Source: Clostridia bacterium
GTDB lineage: Bacteria; Bacillota; Clostridia; Christensenellales; UBA1242
NCBI GenBank assembly: GCA_017501645.1
Contig: JAFVWN010000060.1
Location: 13,048-77,047 of the forward strand
Direction: 5' to 3'
DNA: 64,000 nucleotides
Below the pieces are notes generated by a model. That model saw only the letters and a program-made list of their open reading frames with translations. It searched no databases and was not told the DNA's origin. The translations under genes and the position numbers were made by a program. Of this stretch, positions 34,840-46,444 are shown in pieces; within the stretch, counting starts at the first letter, position 1; every line of letters starts with the position of its first letter.

Positions 34840-35346
34840 TCACATTTCATATTTATCAAATATTTCTTTTATTTTGTCATAATATTTTACACACAAGACA
34901 GTTAAAACACCTTGTTTTGTTTTATTATTTATTTTATTAATATCCACATAAATTTCATCATCAATTACTTTCATTTCTTTTGTCTTTTTATCAAACCAAT
35001 TTAAAAATGTAAAAAATACATGTTTATCTCTCGTTCTTGGCAAACCTCGATTATATTCAACGCAACTAATTTCAATAAGCATTTTTAATATATCAAAATA
35101 AGCCTCTGGATATAAAAACAATAATTTATAAAGCTCATACTCCTTTAACATTAGACCTTTATTATTTACTATTTTTTCTGTCATAAATGCAACTAATTCA
35201 ATAAATTGTTTTTCAGTAAATTTAGAATGAATCATCTTCAACTCCAAACTTGTAGGCTCTATGCTTGCATGAATAATAGAAGCAATTACTTCATACAAAA
35301 CAGGATCCATTTGTTGAAATTCTTTTAATGAAAAATCTGTCTTCAT
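34840..35346 (-). CDS. hypothetical protein inserted between def and fmt
   Basis: 168 aa, RBS AAGGAGA. No recognisable motif. Confidence 0.65.
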   Translation of the reverse strand: MKTDFSLKEFQQMDPVLYEVIASIIHASIEPTSLELKMIHSKFTEKQFIELVAFMTEKIVNNKGLMLKEYELYKLLFLYPEAYFDILKMLIEISCVEYNRGLPRTRDKHVFFTFLNWFDKKTKEMKVIDDEIYVDINKINNKTKQGVLTVLCVKYYDKIKEIFDKYEM

Positions 35347-35365
35347 TTTTTCTCCTTATTTAGTG

Positions 35366-35394
35366 TTGACTTTTTTGATTAATTAGAATATAAT
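35366..35394 (+). promoter_or_regulatory. orphan consensus sigma-A promoter on the plus strand
   Basis: TTGACT (35366-35371), 17 nt, TATAAT (35389-35394). There is no plus-strand CDS downstream. Confidence 0.5.
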
Positions 35395-35400
35395 ACTTAT

Positions 35401-35487
35401 ATAGATGGTTGATACACCTAACTGACTTAGTCGACGAGGTGGCCCGGTACGAATTATTTTCGGTAACCAATCCCATCTATTTTTTTT
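35401..35487 (+). ncRNA. candidate structured small RNA (three-stem element closed by TAGATGG/CCATCTA and followed by T8); strand uncertain
   Basis: A locally GC-rich stretch in an AT-rich spacer. Closing stem 35402-35408 / 35473-35479. Inner stems CACCT..AGGTG and GGTACGAA..TTCGGTAACC. T-run at 35480-35487, abutting the def stop codon. Confidence 0.35.
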
Positions 35488-35488
35488 G

Positions 35489-36016
35489 CTATTTTTTCTT
35501 TTCTTTCCTTTCTTTTCTTTCGAGTCGGGCAAGTTTGTCTTGATAATCATAATATTCATCATAACTATCAAACATACGAATTGCCTTATCTATATATAAG
35601 ATTCCATCAAGGTGGTCATACTCGTGGCAAAAAGCTTTAGCAGAGAAACCAACAAAAGTTCTTTCAACAAAGTTACCGTTTAAGTCTTGGAACTTTGCAA
35701 CAACTTCATTTGGTCTTTCAACTTCACCACATTTGTTTGGGACAGATAAACAGCCTTCAATTAGGTTTTTATATTTGCCTTTAGTTGATAAAATTTGAGG
35801 GTTTACAACATATACAAGCTCTTTTTTATCAATTATAATGAAAGCTCTTTTCAAAACACCTACTTGAACAGCAGAAATTCCAGCACCGTCTTCTTTTTTC
35901 AAGGTGTCTTCCATATCTTTAAAAAGGTTAACTAAAGATGAATCAAAAACGGTTACTTCTTTAGATTTCTTTCTTAATACTGGGTCATTTTGTTTTAATA
36001 CATTTCTTAAAGCCAT
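35489..36016 (-). CDS. def: peptide deformylase
   Basis: GAGISAVQVG, EGCLS and HEYDH motifs. Lys/Glu-rich C-terminal tail. Confidence 0.93.
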   Translation of the reverse strand: MALRNVLKQNDPVLRKKSKEVTVFDSSLVNLFKDMEDTLKKEDGAGISAVQVGVLKRAFIIIDKKELVYVVNPQILSTKGKYKNLIEGCLSVPNKCGEVERPNEVVAKFQDLNGNFVERTFVGFSAKAFCHEYDHLDGILYIDKAIRMFDSYDEYYDYQDKLARLERKERKEKKK

Positions 36017-36025
36017 TTTATTCTC

Positions 36026-38230
36026 CTAACTTAATGATGCAGGGTCTATTTCCACAAATACAGAAACATCACGGTTTTTGACAGTGTTAACCTGCTCATA
36101 TATTTTACTTATAATTTGGTCTGCGTTTTGAGGTTTGAGACGCATAAGGATTTGGTATCTAAACTTATCCTGTATGCGACCTACAGGGGATTTCATAACA
36201 CCAAGATAAATAAATTCCCCCATAAACTCACTTGCAAGTTCTTTCATTCTATCATAATACACTTTTGTATGCTCTTTTGCAAGGTCTTCGTTAAAGCTAG
36301 TAAACAAAAGCCTTATAATCTTTGAAAAAGGTGGATATGAAGTAACTTCTCTAAGGTTGATTTCTTTTCTATAAAATGAAGTATAGTCATATTTACTAGC
36401 AAGCCTATATATATAGTTTCTTGAAGCATATGATTGTAAATAAATCTCCCCTGCCTTATCCGCTCTTCCAGCACGACCTGCAACCTGAGTAATGAGGTTA
36501 AATGTTCTTTCAGGCGCTTTAAAGCTACTTTGGTGCAGACTTACATCTGCATCAACAATACCAACAAGTGTTACACTTGGAAAATCGTGTCCTTTAGCTA
36601 TCATTTGAGTTCCGACAAGAATTTGAGCTTTCTTTTCTCTAAATTCGGCAAGCAGTTTAGCGTGAGCTCCTTTTGTCTTAGTTGTGTCATTATCCATTCT
36701 AAGAACTTTCACATCTGGGAATAGTTCGTTTAGTTCTTGCACAACCTTTTCTGTTCCAACTGAGCCTTGTTTGATATTGTCGCTTCCACACTCTGGACAG
36801 ACATCAAAGACTCTATATCTTTTATCACAGTAATGGCACTTTAGAGCATTATCAAATTTATGATAAACAAGTGAAACATCACAGCTTTCACATTTTGCAA
36901 CCCAACCGCATTCTTTACACATTAAAAATGAAGAAAAGCCTCTTCTATTAATAAATAGCATTGCTTGGTTGCCCTCTTTAATGGTTTTATCAAGAGCGTC
37001 AATCAAAGCTCTAGAGAATATGCCAGGGTTACCATCTTTGATTTCTTTGCACATATCTATTATTTGAATTGGAGGAAGGTCTCTTTTGTTGATTCTATGC
37101 TTCATTTCAATGAGTTCGTAAGTTCCAATCATTGCTTTGTGGTAACTTTCAATATCAGGAGTTGCGCTTCCCAAAACCAAAGAACAGTCCGCAAGTTTTG
37201 AACGCATAATAGCTACTTCAATAGTGTTGTATCTAGGGTTTGATTCACTTATATAAGAGCCGTCATGTTCTTCATCAATAACAATAAGCCCAATATTTTT
37301 AAGCGGTGCAAAGATGGCGGAACGAGCTCCAACAACAATTTTTGCATCCCCCATCAATATTCTTTTCCATTCGTCAAATCTTTCACCAGCTGAAAGTCCG
37401 CTGTGAAGCAGTGCTACATTATCACCAAAACGGCTACGGAAATTACCAAGAACTTGTGGGGTTAAAGAAATTTCAGGAACAAGCATAATTGCTGTTTTGC
37501 CTTTTGCAATCACATCTTCAATTGTAGACATATAAACTTCAGTTTTGCCACTTCCAGTAACTCCGTGAAGAAGATATGTATAACTTTTAGAAAGAATTTG
37601 CTCTTTTGCTTTTTGTTGAGCGTCAACAAGAGTAACTTTGTTTGCAGCAACCAAATTGTCAGTTGCGTAAGGTTTTCTTCTTTTTACTTTTACCCTTGAT
37701 TTTAAAATATCATTTTCTTTTAGCTTGTTAATTGCACTAGCTCCAAACTTTTTATTAAGTTCTGCTTGAAGATATGAACCATTTTCAAGCATAAAGAGTA
37801 TTGCATTTTCTTGGGCGTGTGAGTTTTTTCTAAGAGATGCCATATAATTAATTGCCTTGTCCTTATCCTCAAGGTAAAGTTCAATTTCTTCGAGTTCTTT
37901 GACTTTTCCGCTTCTCATTTCTGCAGGTAAAAATAGTCTTAAGGCATCACACATTCCAATATTATATTTTTCTTTCATAAAATCGGCAATTTTCAATTGG
38001 TCAGGCAGAATGCACGCAAAGTTTTCAAGAGGTCTTATAATATCTTTAATTTTGCTAGGGTCATACATTGGTGCGTCAGTAATATCAATGATATACCCCT
38101 CCATTACTCTGTTTGCAAAAGGAACAAGCACTCTCATTCCCTTTTGGTAATTGTCTGCATCATCAAAATGGTAGTCAAAAACCTTGTCTACCAAACTGCT
38201 AGCGATATCAACAATTACTTTTGCAAACAT
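36026..38230 (-). CDS. priA: primosomal protein N' (replication restart helicase PriA)
   Basis: GVTGSGKT Walker A, DEEHD, a Cys-rich zinc-binding insert (CKECG..CESC..C.YC..CPECG), and AGRAGR. Start at the ATG at 38230 after AAAGGAGA. Confidence 0.94.
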   Translation of the reverse strand: MFAKVIVDIASSLVDKVFDYHFDDADNYQKGMRVLVPFANRVMEGYIIDITDAPMYDPSKIKDIIRPLENFACILPDQLKIADFMKEKYNIGMCDALRLFLPAEMRSGKVKELEEIELYLEDKDKAINYMASLRKNSHAQENAILFMLENGSYLQAELNKKFGASAINKLKENDILKSRVKVKRRKPYATDNLVAANKVTLVDAQQKAKEQILSKSYTYLLHGVTGSGKTEVYMSTIEDVIAKGKTAIMLVPEISLTPQVLGNFRSRFGDNVALLHSGLSAGERFDEWKRILMGDAKIVVGARSAIFAPLKNIGLIVIDEEHDGSYISESNPRYNTIEVAIMRSKLADCSLVLGSATPDIESYHKAMIGTYELIEMKHRINKRDLPPIQIIDMCKEIKDGNPGIFSRALIDALDKTIKEGNQAMLFINRRGFSSFLMCKECGWVAKCESCDVSLVYHKFDNALKCHYCDKRYRVFDVCPECGSDNIKQGSVGTEKVVQELNELFPDVKVLRMDNDTTKTKGAHAKLLAEFREKKAQILVGTQMIAKGHDFPSVTLVGIVDADVSLHQSSFKAPERTFNLITQVAGRAGRADKAGEIYLQSYASRNYIYRLASKYDYTSFYRKEINLREVTSYPPFSKIIRLLFTSFNEDLAKEHTKVYYDRMKELASEFMGEFIYLGVMKSPVGRIQDKFRYQILMRLKPQNADQIISKIYEQVNTVKNRDVSVFVEIDPASLS

Positions 38231-38338
38231 AATTTCTCCTTTAATATGTATATAATATAACAAATATATTATAATTTATCAATTAAAAATTAAAAACTGC
38301 AAAATAAAAGTTAGCATAACTGCTAACTTTTTGTTTGT

Positions 38339-38551
38339 TTATAACTCTAATTTTGCTCTTTCAATAGTGTATTCACCATTATGGAATTGGTTACTTGCGA
38401 GCTCAATAGGTTTAACTCTTTTATTGTCTTTAAAAAATTCTGGGCGTTCAATCAATAATTCCTTAGCTCTTTTTGAAACTGCGGTAACGAGAGCATATCT
38501 GCTCTTTGCTTTTTCAATCATAACTTCAACAGGTGGATTAATCATTGCCAT
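38339..38551 (-). CDS. rpoZ: DNA-directed RNA polymerase subunit omega
   Basis: 70 aa. SRYALVTAVSKRAKEL is typical of omega. Confidence 0.85.
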   Translation of the reverse strand: MAMINPPVEVMIEKAKSRYALVTAVSKRAKELLIERPEFFKDNKRVKPIELASNQFHNGEYTIERAKLEL

Positions 38552-38634
38552 AAAATTTCTTCTCCTTGAATAAATGTATTATAGCACACAAGTGATACTC
38601 TTATACAAACGATTTTACAAAATTTTTTATTTTT

Positions 38635-40611
<1,977 letters not shown>

Positions 40612-40692
40612 TTACCTTTCTTTAGTTATTTTATGCAAAATTGTCAATTTTTATATGTTTTTTACAATTTATTTGTTGTATTTTGCGTTTTT

Positions 40693-42936
40693 TTACTCAA
40701 TTATTTCAAGATTTGCATATTTTAATGATAGTGTTTTAATGCCAACAGTATCAAACTTAATTGTAACAAAACCTGCAGAGAAATCTGTGACTTCAACCGT
40801 GATTGTTCCAATGCCAAAATGAGGATGTTTTACAACTGTTCCACGAGTGTATTTTGAAAAGTCTTTTGATGGGCTTGCTTTTTGTGTTGTTGGCTTAGAA
40901 GTTGGTTTATTGCTGTTGAAAATGTTTGCTTTTGAAGCTACTGAGTAATCAATTCGTTGGTCAAATCTATCAACAATATTATCTTCGTCATAATCAAAAA
41001 TTGCTTCTTTTTTGCTTTGAGAATTATTTTGAGAACAGCCCTCATCTATTGCTTCTTCTAAGAATCTTGAAGGTACAGTATACTCACTTCTTTTACTTTC
41101 AAAGCTAAATCTTGTTTTTGCTCTTGATAAGTATAGTCTTTCTTTTGCTCTTGTGATAGCAACATACATAAGTCTTCTTTCTTCTTCAAGTTCGTTAGGG
41201 TCACTGCTGTTGATTGCTCTTGATAATGGGAACAATCCATCATTTAGTCCAATTATAAACACAACTTTGAACTCTAGTCCCTTTGCTGCGTGAACAGTAA
41301 TTAAACTTACATTGTTGTCATCTTCATTCATACTATCAATATCTCTAAGAAGAGTTATTGATTGCAAATATTCTTCAAGGTTTGCTGTTGTATTTGCATC
41401 TGCAAATTCTTTGACTGAAAGTAAGAAATCGTCAACATTCATTTGTTTGTTTACATCTTCATCCGTCTTATTTCCAATTGCTTCCTTGAAGTCAACTTTA
41501 TTAATCATATATTCAACAAATTCATAGAGAGGCATACATTCTGCTTTTTGTTTTAGTTCAAGCATCAAGTCTTTTACCTGCTCAAGTTTTTTACCTGCTG
41601 AGCCAGGAATTAATCCTTCGACAATTGTTTGATACATACTTTTACTATAAGTTTCAGCGATTGCAGAAATTTGAGCAACGGTTGCATCACCTATTCCCTT
41701 TTTAGGGAAGGCAAGCATTCTTCTTGTTGCCTCATCATCATTTGGATTATGAATTAATCTTAAATATGCAATAATATCTTTAATTTCTTTTCTCTCAAAG
41801 AATTTGAAGCCCCCATATAATTTATATGGAATACCATAGGTAATCATTTTTTCTTCGACCGCACGAGAAAGAGAGTTTACTCTCATAAGAACTGCAAAAT
41901 CTTTATAACTGTATCCATAATAGTTGCAAAGACTTTTTATTGTACTTGCGATATGTTCGGCTTCTTCAGTTTCGTTATAAGTAGAAAAGTTTTCGACTCT
42001 TGCCCCATCATCATTATCTGTCCAGAGCAATTTTTCAAGTCTATTTTCGTTCTTTTTTATTAGTTTATTTGCGGCTGTTAAAATCTTTTTTGTTGAGCGG
42101 TAGTTTTGTTCAAGTTTAAATACTTTTACATTCTTGAAATCTTTTGTAAAAGCGAAAACATTAGTAACATCTGCACCTCTCCAAGAATAAATGCATTGGT
42201 CTTCATCACCAACGGCAAAAATATTATTATGTTTTTCAGCAAGCAGTTTTACTATTTCATACTGTGAACGGTTGGTGTCTTGAAACTCATCAACATGAAT
42301 GTACTTAAATTTGTTTTGATAGTATTCGAGCACTTCAGGAACAAGTAGAAATAATTCATAAGTTTTATTAAGAAGGTCATCAAAATCAAGGGCATTACAC
42401 TTTTTAAGTTCAGCTTCGTATTCTTTAAAAACAGAAATAATAATTTCTCTCTTTCGTGGGTCGCTGATGTTTTCTGCATAGTCATCAGGTGGAAGTAAGT
42501 GGTTTTTTGCATTAGAAATATGCCACATAATTGTGTCAGCGGTAATGTTTGTGTTTTTTGGTTCAAGAAGCCTTTTTACTGTTCTTGTTTTTTCTACATC
42601 TGTGTATATTGAAAAGTTTGCTGTGTAACCAATCTTATCTATATCTCTTCTTAAAATTCTTGAACACATAGAGTGAAATGTGCAAATCCACATATCTTGA
42701 GAGTTGCCTATCATTTTTTCAAGTCTTTCCCTCATTTCATTTGCCGCTTTATTAGTAAATGTGATTGCAAGAATGTTGTAAGGAGCTATATTTTGGTCGA
42801 ACACCATATGGGCTATTCTATGAGTAAGCATTCTGGTTTTTCCGCTACCTGCCCCTGCAGTCACAAGTACTGGACCGTTGACAACTTCGGCGGGTATTCT
42901 TTGTTCTTGACTTAAATTTTCTAAAATCTTACTCAT
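40693..42936 (-). CDS. pcrA: ATP-dependent DNA helicase PcrA (UvrD family)
   Basis: AGAGSGKT, DEFQDTN, QNYRS, and VHAAKGLEF motifs. Upstream of ligA, as in Bacillus. Confidence 0.95.
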   Translation of the reverse strand: MSKILENLSQEQRIPAEVVNGPVLVTAGAGSGKTRMLTHRIAHMVFDQNIAPYNILAITFTNKAANEMRERLEKMIGNSQDMWICTFHSMCSRILRRDIDKIGYTANFSIYTDVEKTRTVKRLLEPKNTNITADTIMWHISNAKNHLLPPDDYAENISDPRKREIIISVFKEYEAELKKCNALDFDDLLNKTYELFLLVPEVLEYYQNKFKYIHVDEFQDTNRSQYEIVKLLAEKHNNIFAVGDEDQCIYSWRGADVTNVFAFTKDFKNVKVFKLEQNYRSTKKILTAANKLIKKNENRLEKLLWTDNDDGARVENFSTYNETEEAEHIASTIKSLCNYYGYSYKDFAVLMRVNSLSRAVEEKMITYGIPYKLYGGFKFFERKEIKDIIAYLRLIHNPNDDEATRRMLAFPKKGIGDATVAQISAIAETYSKSMYQTIVEGLIPGSAGKKLEQVKDLMLELKQKAECMPLYEFVEYMINKVDFKEAIGNKTDEDVNKQMNVDDFLLSVKEFADANTTANLEEYLQSITLLRDIDSMNEDDNNVSLITVHAAKGLEFKVVFIIGLNDGLFPLSRAINSSDPNELEEERRLMYVAITRAKERLYLSRAKTRFSFESKRSEYTVPSRFLEEAIDEGCSQNNSQSKKEAIFDYDEDNIVDRFDQRIDYSVASKANIFNSNKPTSKPTTQKASPSKDFSKYTRGTVVKHPHFGIGTITVEVTDFSAGFVTIKFDTVGIKTLSLKYANLEIIE

Positions 42937-43026
42937 TTTTTTATTCCTTTGCTTATAATTTTTACGGTAATTATTGTATCATATTTTAGGTGTTATAGGC
43001 AAAGCATTTTAAACATTTATAAATAT

Positions 43027-43386
43027 TTATACATTTTCATTAGAGAGCTTCATTTCTTCTAAAACTCTTCTCTTAATCGCTCTATAACGCTTACTTAATA
43101 CATACATATATTTTTCTTTTTGTACATCATTAAGTTTGTCATAGATTTCGTGCTCGATAATTTGTGCTAAAGGATTTATTGTGTCAATGTCTTTAAGAAG
43201 AATTTTCTTTACTTTGTTATATAAAGCGTCTTCTTCTATCTTTTTCTGTGATGAAATTATAGCGTACTGAATCCTTGCGGACAAACAGGCTTCGCTATAA
43301 GATTTTGGTGGTTCGCCATCATCTCCGTTACTTAGTAATTTTAATCTATTTTTTGCCTTTTGTGCTAGTTGTTTGATTGAACTCAT
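43027..43386 (-). CDS. hypothetical protein
   Basis: 119 aa, RBS AAAGGAGAAC, helical/charged composition. Confidence 0.6.
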   Translation of the reverse strand: MSSIKQLAQKAKNRLKLLSNGDDGEPPKSYSEACLSARIQYAIISSQKKIEEDALYNKVKKILLKDIDTINPLAQIIEHEIYDKLNDVQKEKYMYVLSKRYRAIKRRVLEEMKLSNENV

Positions 43387-43723
43387 AATTGTTCTCCTTT
43401 TTTATTAAAATGCTCGTTTATTCTACTCTCTATAAAATAAACATTGTTATGAGAAACAATTTTTATCAAAACAAGTCAAAGTTACTTAAAAAACGACAAA
43501 AAAAACTAAAGACAAAAAACGGTCGCTTTTTGTTAAAACTGAAGAAATAAATTAATAAAGTTACAAATTTTAGCGTAATAATAACTATATTGAAACAAAT
43601 TAATTTGTAAATATAAAGGCTTGTTGTTGATTATTATTAATAAAAACAAACAATTGTTATGCATTGACTTTAAAAATTACAATTTTAAAATTACTATTTG
43701 TTATTAAAAATTTGCAAAGAAAA

Positions 43724-43745
43724 AGGTATGCAAATTTGCATACCT
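43724..43745 (-). terminator. rpsU terminator
   Basis: Perfect palindrome AGGTATGCAAATTTGCATACCT followed by TTTTTTC on the minus strand. Confidence 0.75.
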
Positions 43746-43752
43746 AAATTTT

Positions 43753-43932
43753 CTAACCCTTTCTATTTCTCTTTTGGGCAGCTTCGCTTTTTTTCTTACG
43801 AGCAACGCTTGGTTTAACATAAGCTTCTTTCTTTCTTATGTCGCCAATGATACCGTCTTTTTGACATTTTCTTTTGAATCTTTTGATAGCGCTCTCTAAG
43901 TTTTCGTTTTCACCTACTCTAACGGTTGACAT
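43753..43932 (-). CDS. rpsU: 30S ribosomal protein S21
   Basis: Not in the ORF track (59 aa). [70 protein letters not shown]. Confidence 0.92.
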   Translation of the reverse strand: MSTVRVGENENLESAIKRFKRKCQKDGIIGDIRKKEAYVKPSVARKKKSEAAQKRNRKG

Positions 43933-44019
43933 TCTTTTTCACCTCCCAAAATTGAACATTCATTACCTAAATAGTATATTCTTTTTAATTTATAAAGTCA
44001 ATAGTTTTGAGCTTGTTTT

Positions 44020-44424
44020 TTAATCAATTTTAAGTCTTGCACAAATATCAATAAGGTCTTCATCAATTTTTTCCAGTTTTGGATAGATTTGTTTTCCGTC
44101 ATTGACATCTCTTGGAAGTATGTGCATATGCAAATGGAATACTGATTGTTCAGCAGCCGGTTCGTTTGCATTAAGGACATTGAATCCATCAAACTCACAA
44201 TTTTCAATATAATGTCTGCCAACTTTTTGAACAGTGTTCATAACCGCTGTTAAGTCCTCTTCTCTTGCATCAAGAATATTTCTGCAGTGGTTCTTAGGAA
44301 TAACCAAAGTATGACCGCAAATATCATTTGCAATATCTAAAAATGCTAAAGTTTTATCATCTTCATAAATTTTATGACAAGGGATTTCTCCTTTTATTAT
44401 CTTACAAAAAATACAGTTTTCCAT
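44020..44424 (-). CDS. HIT family (histidine triad) nucleotide hydrolase
   Basis: CIFCKI N-terminus and the HLHMHILP histidine triad. Start at the ATG after AAAGGAGAA. Confidence 0.9.
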   Translation of the reverse strand: MENCIFCKIIKGEIPCHKIYEDDKTLAFLDIANDICGHTLVIPKNHCRNILDAREEDLTAVMNTVQKVGRHYIENCEFDGFNVLNANEPAAEQSVFHLHMHILPRDVNDGKQIYPKLEKIDEDLIDICARLKID

Positions 44425-44437
44425 ATATTTCTCCTTT

Positions 44438-45709
44438 TTATACAATTGAAGCTATTGCTCCGTCTTTATAGAATTTTTCAATTTTTACTTTGTAAACTTC
44501 GTTGAGTTTTAAAGGCTCTGGCGATTTTACATAACATTTAATAAAGTTTTCAGTGTGCCCAACATATAGCTCGCCATCATCTTGAGTTTCTGTGATTATA
44601 GTAAAAACTTTACCAACTTGACTATCAATATATTCTTTTTGTAATTGCTTATCAAGAGCCCCAAGTTTTGTTGCTCTCTCTTTAACATTGGTTGCAACAT
44701 TTTTAAAACGCTCTGCAACTGTACCAGACCTAAGCGAATATGGGAATGCGTGGATTTTTGCAAACTTACATTTCTTTGCAAAGTTATAAGAATCTTCAAA
44801 ATCTTCTTCGGTTTCTGTTGGGAAACCAACGATTATATCTGTTGTTATTGCTGGACTTTCAAAATACTTTCTTATAAGTTCAACTTTTCTAAAGTATTCA
44901 TTTGAAAGGTATTTCCTGTTCATACTTTTAAGAGTGTTATCACAACCACTTTGTAAACTTAAATGAAAATGTGGTGCAAAATTATTTGATTGTTTTAAAA
45001 TGGTTAAGAATTCATCTGTTATTATGTCTTGCTCCAAAGAGCTAAATCTAAATCTAATGGTTGGAAATTCTCGCATCAATTGTACAATATTAATCAATGA
45101 AAGTTTTGGGGTTAAATCGTGACCATAATGGGAAAGATTAATTCCTGTAAAAACAATTTCTTTTGCTGTTTTTGAGTGCATTTGAATTTCTTTTTTTATA
45201 CTTTCTAGATTTCGGCTTCGCTCCCTACCTCTTAAGTATGGTATTAAGCAGTATGAACAAAAGTTGTTACACCCTTCTTGAATTTTCATTACAACTCTAG
45301 TTCGGTCACCTTTTGAAAAATAACTGTCTTCATAAACAGAACTAATTTTGCTGTGTATAATGCAGTCATCTGTGTTTTCTAAAATAAGTTTTACAAGCTC
45401 TTGCTTAGATGATGTTCCGTAAATAGCTTTTATGTTTGAGTAGTTTTTAAAGCGTTCAGGATTATTTTGTGAAGAGCAACCGCAAATATAGATTGGAGCA
45501 GACGAAAGCTTTCTTATTTTTGCAATCATACCACGAGATTTCTTCTCTGCTTCATTCGTTACTGCGCAAGTGTTTAAGACAAAAGCGTCAGCATCTTCAC
45601 AAAGCTCATAAACAACGGCAAAATCATTGTCTTCAAGTTCCTTTCCAATTGCGTTACTTTCGTATTGGTTAACTTTGCAACCAAGTGTTAAAATTGATAT
45701 TTTTTTCAT
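44438..45709 (-). CDS. mtaB: tRNA t6A37 methylthiotransferase MtaB (radical SAM)
   Basis: TLGCKVNQYES N-terminus, CNNFCSYC radical SAM motif and C-terminal TRAM-like domain. Downstream of rsmE, as for B. subtilis yqeV. Confidence 0.88.
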   Translation of the reverse strand: MKKISILTLGCKVNQYESNAIGKELEDNDFAVVYELCEDADAFVLNTCAVTNEAEKKSRGMIAKIRKLSSAPIYICGCSSQNNPERFKNYSNIKAIYGTSSKQELVKLILENTDDCIIHSKISSVYEDSYFSKGDRTRVVMKIQEGCNNFCSYCLIPYLRGRERSRNLESIKKEIQMHSKTAKEIVFTGINLSHYGHDLTPKLSLINIVQLMREFPTIRFRFSSLEQDIITDEFLTILKQSNNFAPHFHLSLQSGCDNTLKSMNRKYLSNEYFRKVELIRKYFESPAITTDIIVGFPTETEEDFEDSYNFAKKCKFAKIHAFPYSLRSGTVAERFKNVATNVKERATKLGALDKQLQKEYIDSQVGKVFTIITETQDDGELYVGHTENFIKCYVKSPEPLKLNEVYKVKIEKFYKDGAIASIV

Positions 45710-45715
45710 ATGTTC

Positions 45716-46444
45716 CTACTTTTCTAGGGCAAACATTACAAGACCAGTTCCAACAATGGATGCCGTTTCTGTCCTTAAAATTCTTTTGCCTAGAGTTACT
45801 ATTTCAAAGTTGTTTTTTTCTAAAAGGTCAATTTCTTCTTCAGCAAATCCGCCTTCAGCACCAATGATTAAGCCTATGTTTTTAATGTTTTTTTGCTTTT
45901 GCAAACTTTCAAACAAAGAGTTGCCGTCTTTATTTTCATAGGCCACATAGACTTTATCTAAATTTTTAGCCTCATCAATCATTTGTTCAAAGCCGATTAC
46001 TCCCTGAGGCTTTATTATTGAACTTCTGCCACATTGCTTACTTGCAGAGATACTTACTCTTTCAAGTTTATCTAGTTTGCTAGTTTTGTCCTTTATATCA
46101 GTAAATTTACTATAAAAAACACAAAGGTTAGTTGCTCCAATTTCTGTTATTTTTTGAGTGATTAATGAGAGCTTATCTCCCTTGCAAACTGCTTGGAATA
46201 AAGTGAAATTAATTTTGGGTTCACTTGGATTTTCTTCAACCTTTTTTATAAAGATGGAAGCTTTTGATTTGTCTATGCTAACAATTTCCCCCTCTGCGGT
46301 TACTGTTGAACCGTTGAACAAAGCTATCATATCTCCCACTCTTGACCTCATTACATTCTTTAAATGGTGAAATTCTTCTCCGTCTAAAGTTATGTATAAA
46401 TTTTCTTTAAGCTGTTCATTTGTGTAATATCTTTTTAGTTTCAT
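45716..46444 (-). CDS. rsmE: 16S rRNA (uracil1498-N3)-methyltransferase RsmE
   Basis: 242 aa from the ATG at 46444. EEFHHLKNVMR, QCGR and GAEGGF..EE motifs. Confidence 0.88.
   Translation of the reverse strand: MKLKRYYTNEQLKENLYITLDGEEFHHLKNVMRSRVGDMIALFNGSTVTAEGEIVSIDKSKASIFIKKVEENPSEPKINFTLFQAVCKGDKLSLITQKITEIGATNLCVFYSKFTDIKDKTSKLDKLERVSISASKQCGRSSIIKPQGVIGFEQMIDEAKNLDKVYVAYENKDGNSLFESLQKQKNIKNIGLIIGAEGGFAEEEIDLLEKNNFEIVTLGKRILRTETASIVGTGLVMFALEK

Noticed and set aside
35431-35470. Plus-strand GACGAGGTG..CCCGGTAC resembles part of the guanidine-III (ykkC-III) riboswitch consensus
   Set aside because: - Only about 9 contiguous nt match what I remember.
- The CAGGACAA and ACGG pseudoknot segments are missing.
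- No plus-strand gene lies downstream to be regulated.
35401-35480. Minus-strand TACCGGGC..GACTA resembles the J2/3-P3 region of purine riboswitches
   Set aside because: - The P2/P3 loop-loop nucleotides and the conserved J1/2 and J3/1 residues do not line up.
- The downstream genes are not related to purine metabolism.
- I kept it only as an unclassified structured element.
35383-35571. 62-aa minus-strand ORF across the def 3' end and the structured spacer
   Set aside because: It overlaps def out of frame and covers the GC-rich structured element. It has no RBS, and its Lys-rich, low-complexity translation derives from the def tail region.
43440-43660. ATTGTT-N6-AACAAT and AACAATTGTT palindromes in the 365-bp AT-rich spacer upstream of the 119-aa gene
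   Set aside because: Short A/T palindromes of this kind are expected by chance at this base composition. There is no repeated longer motif.
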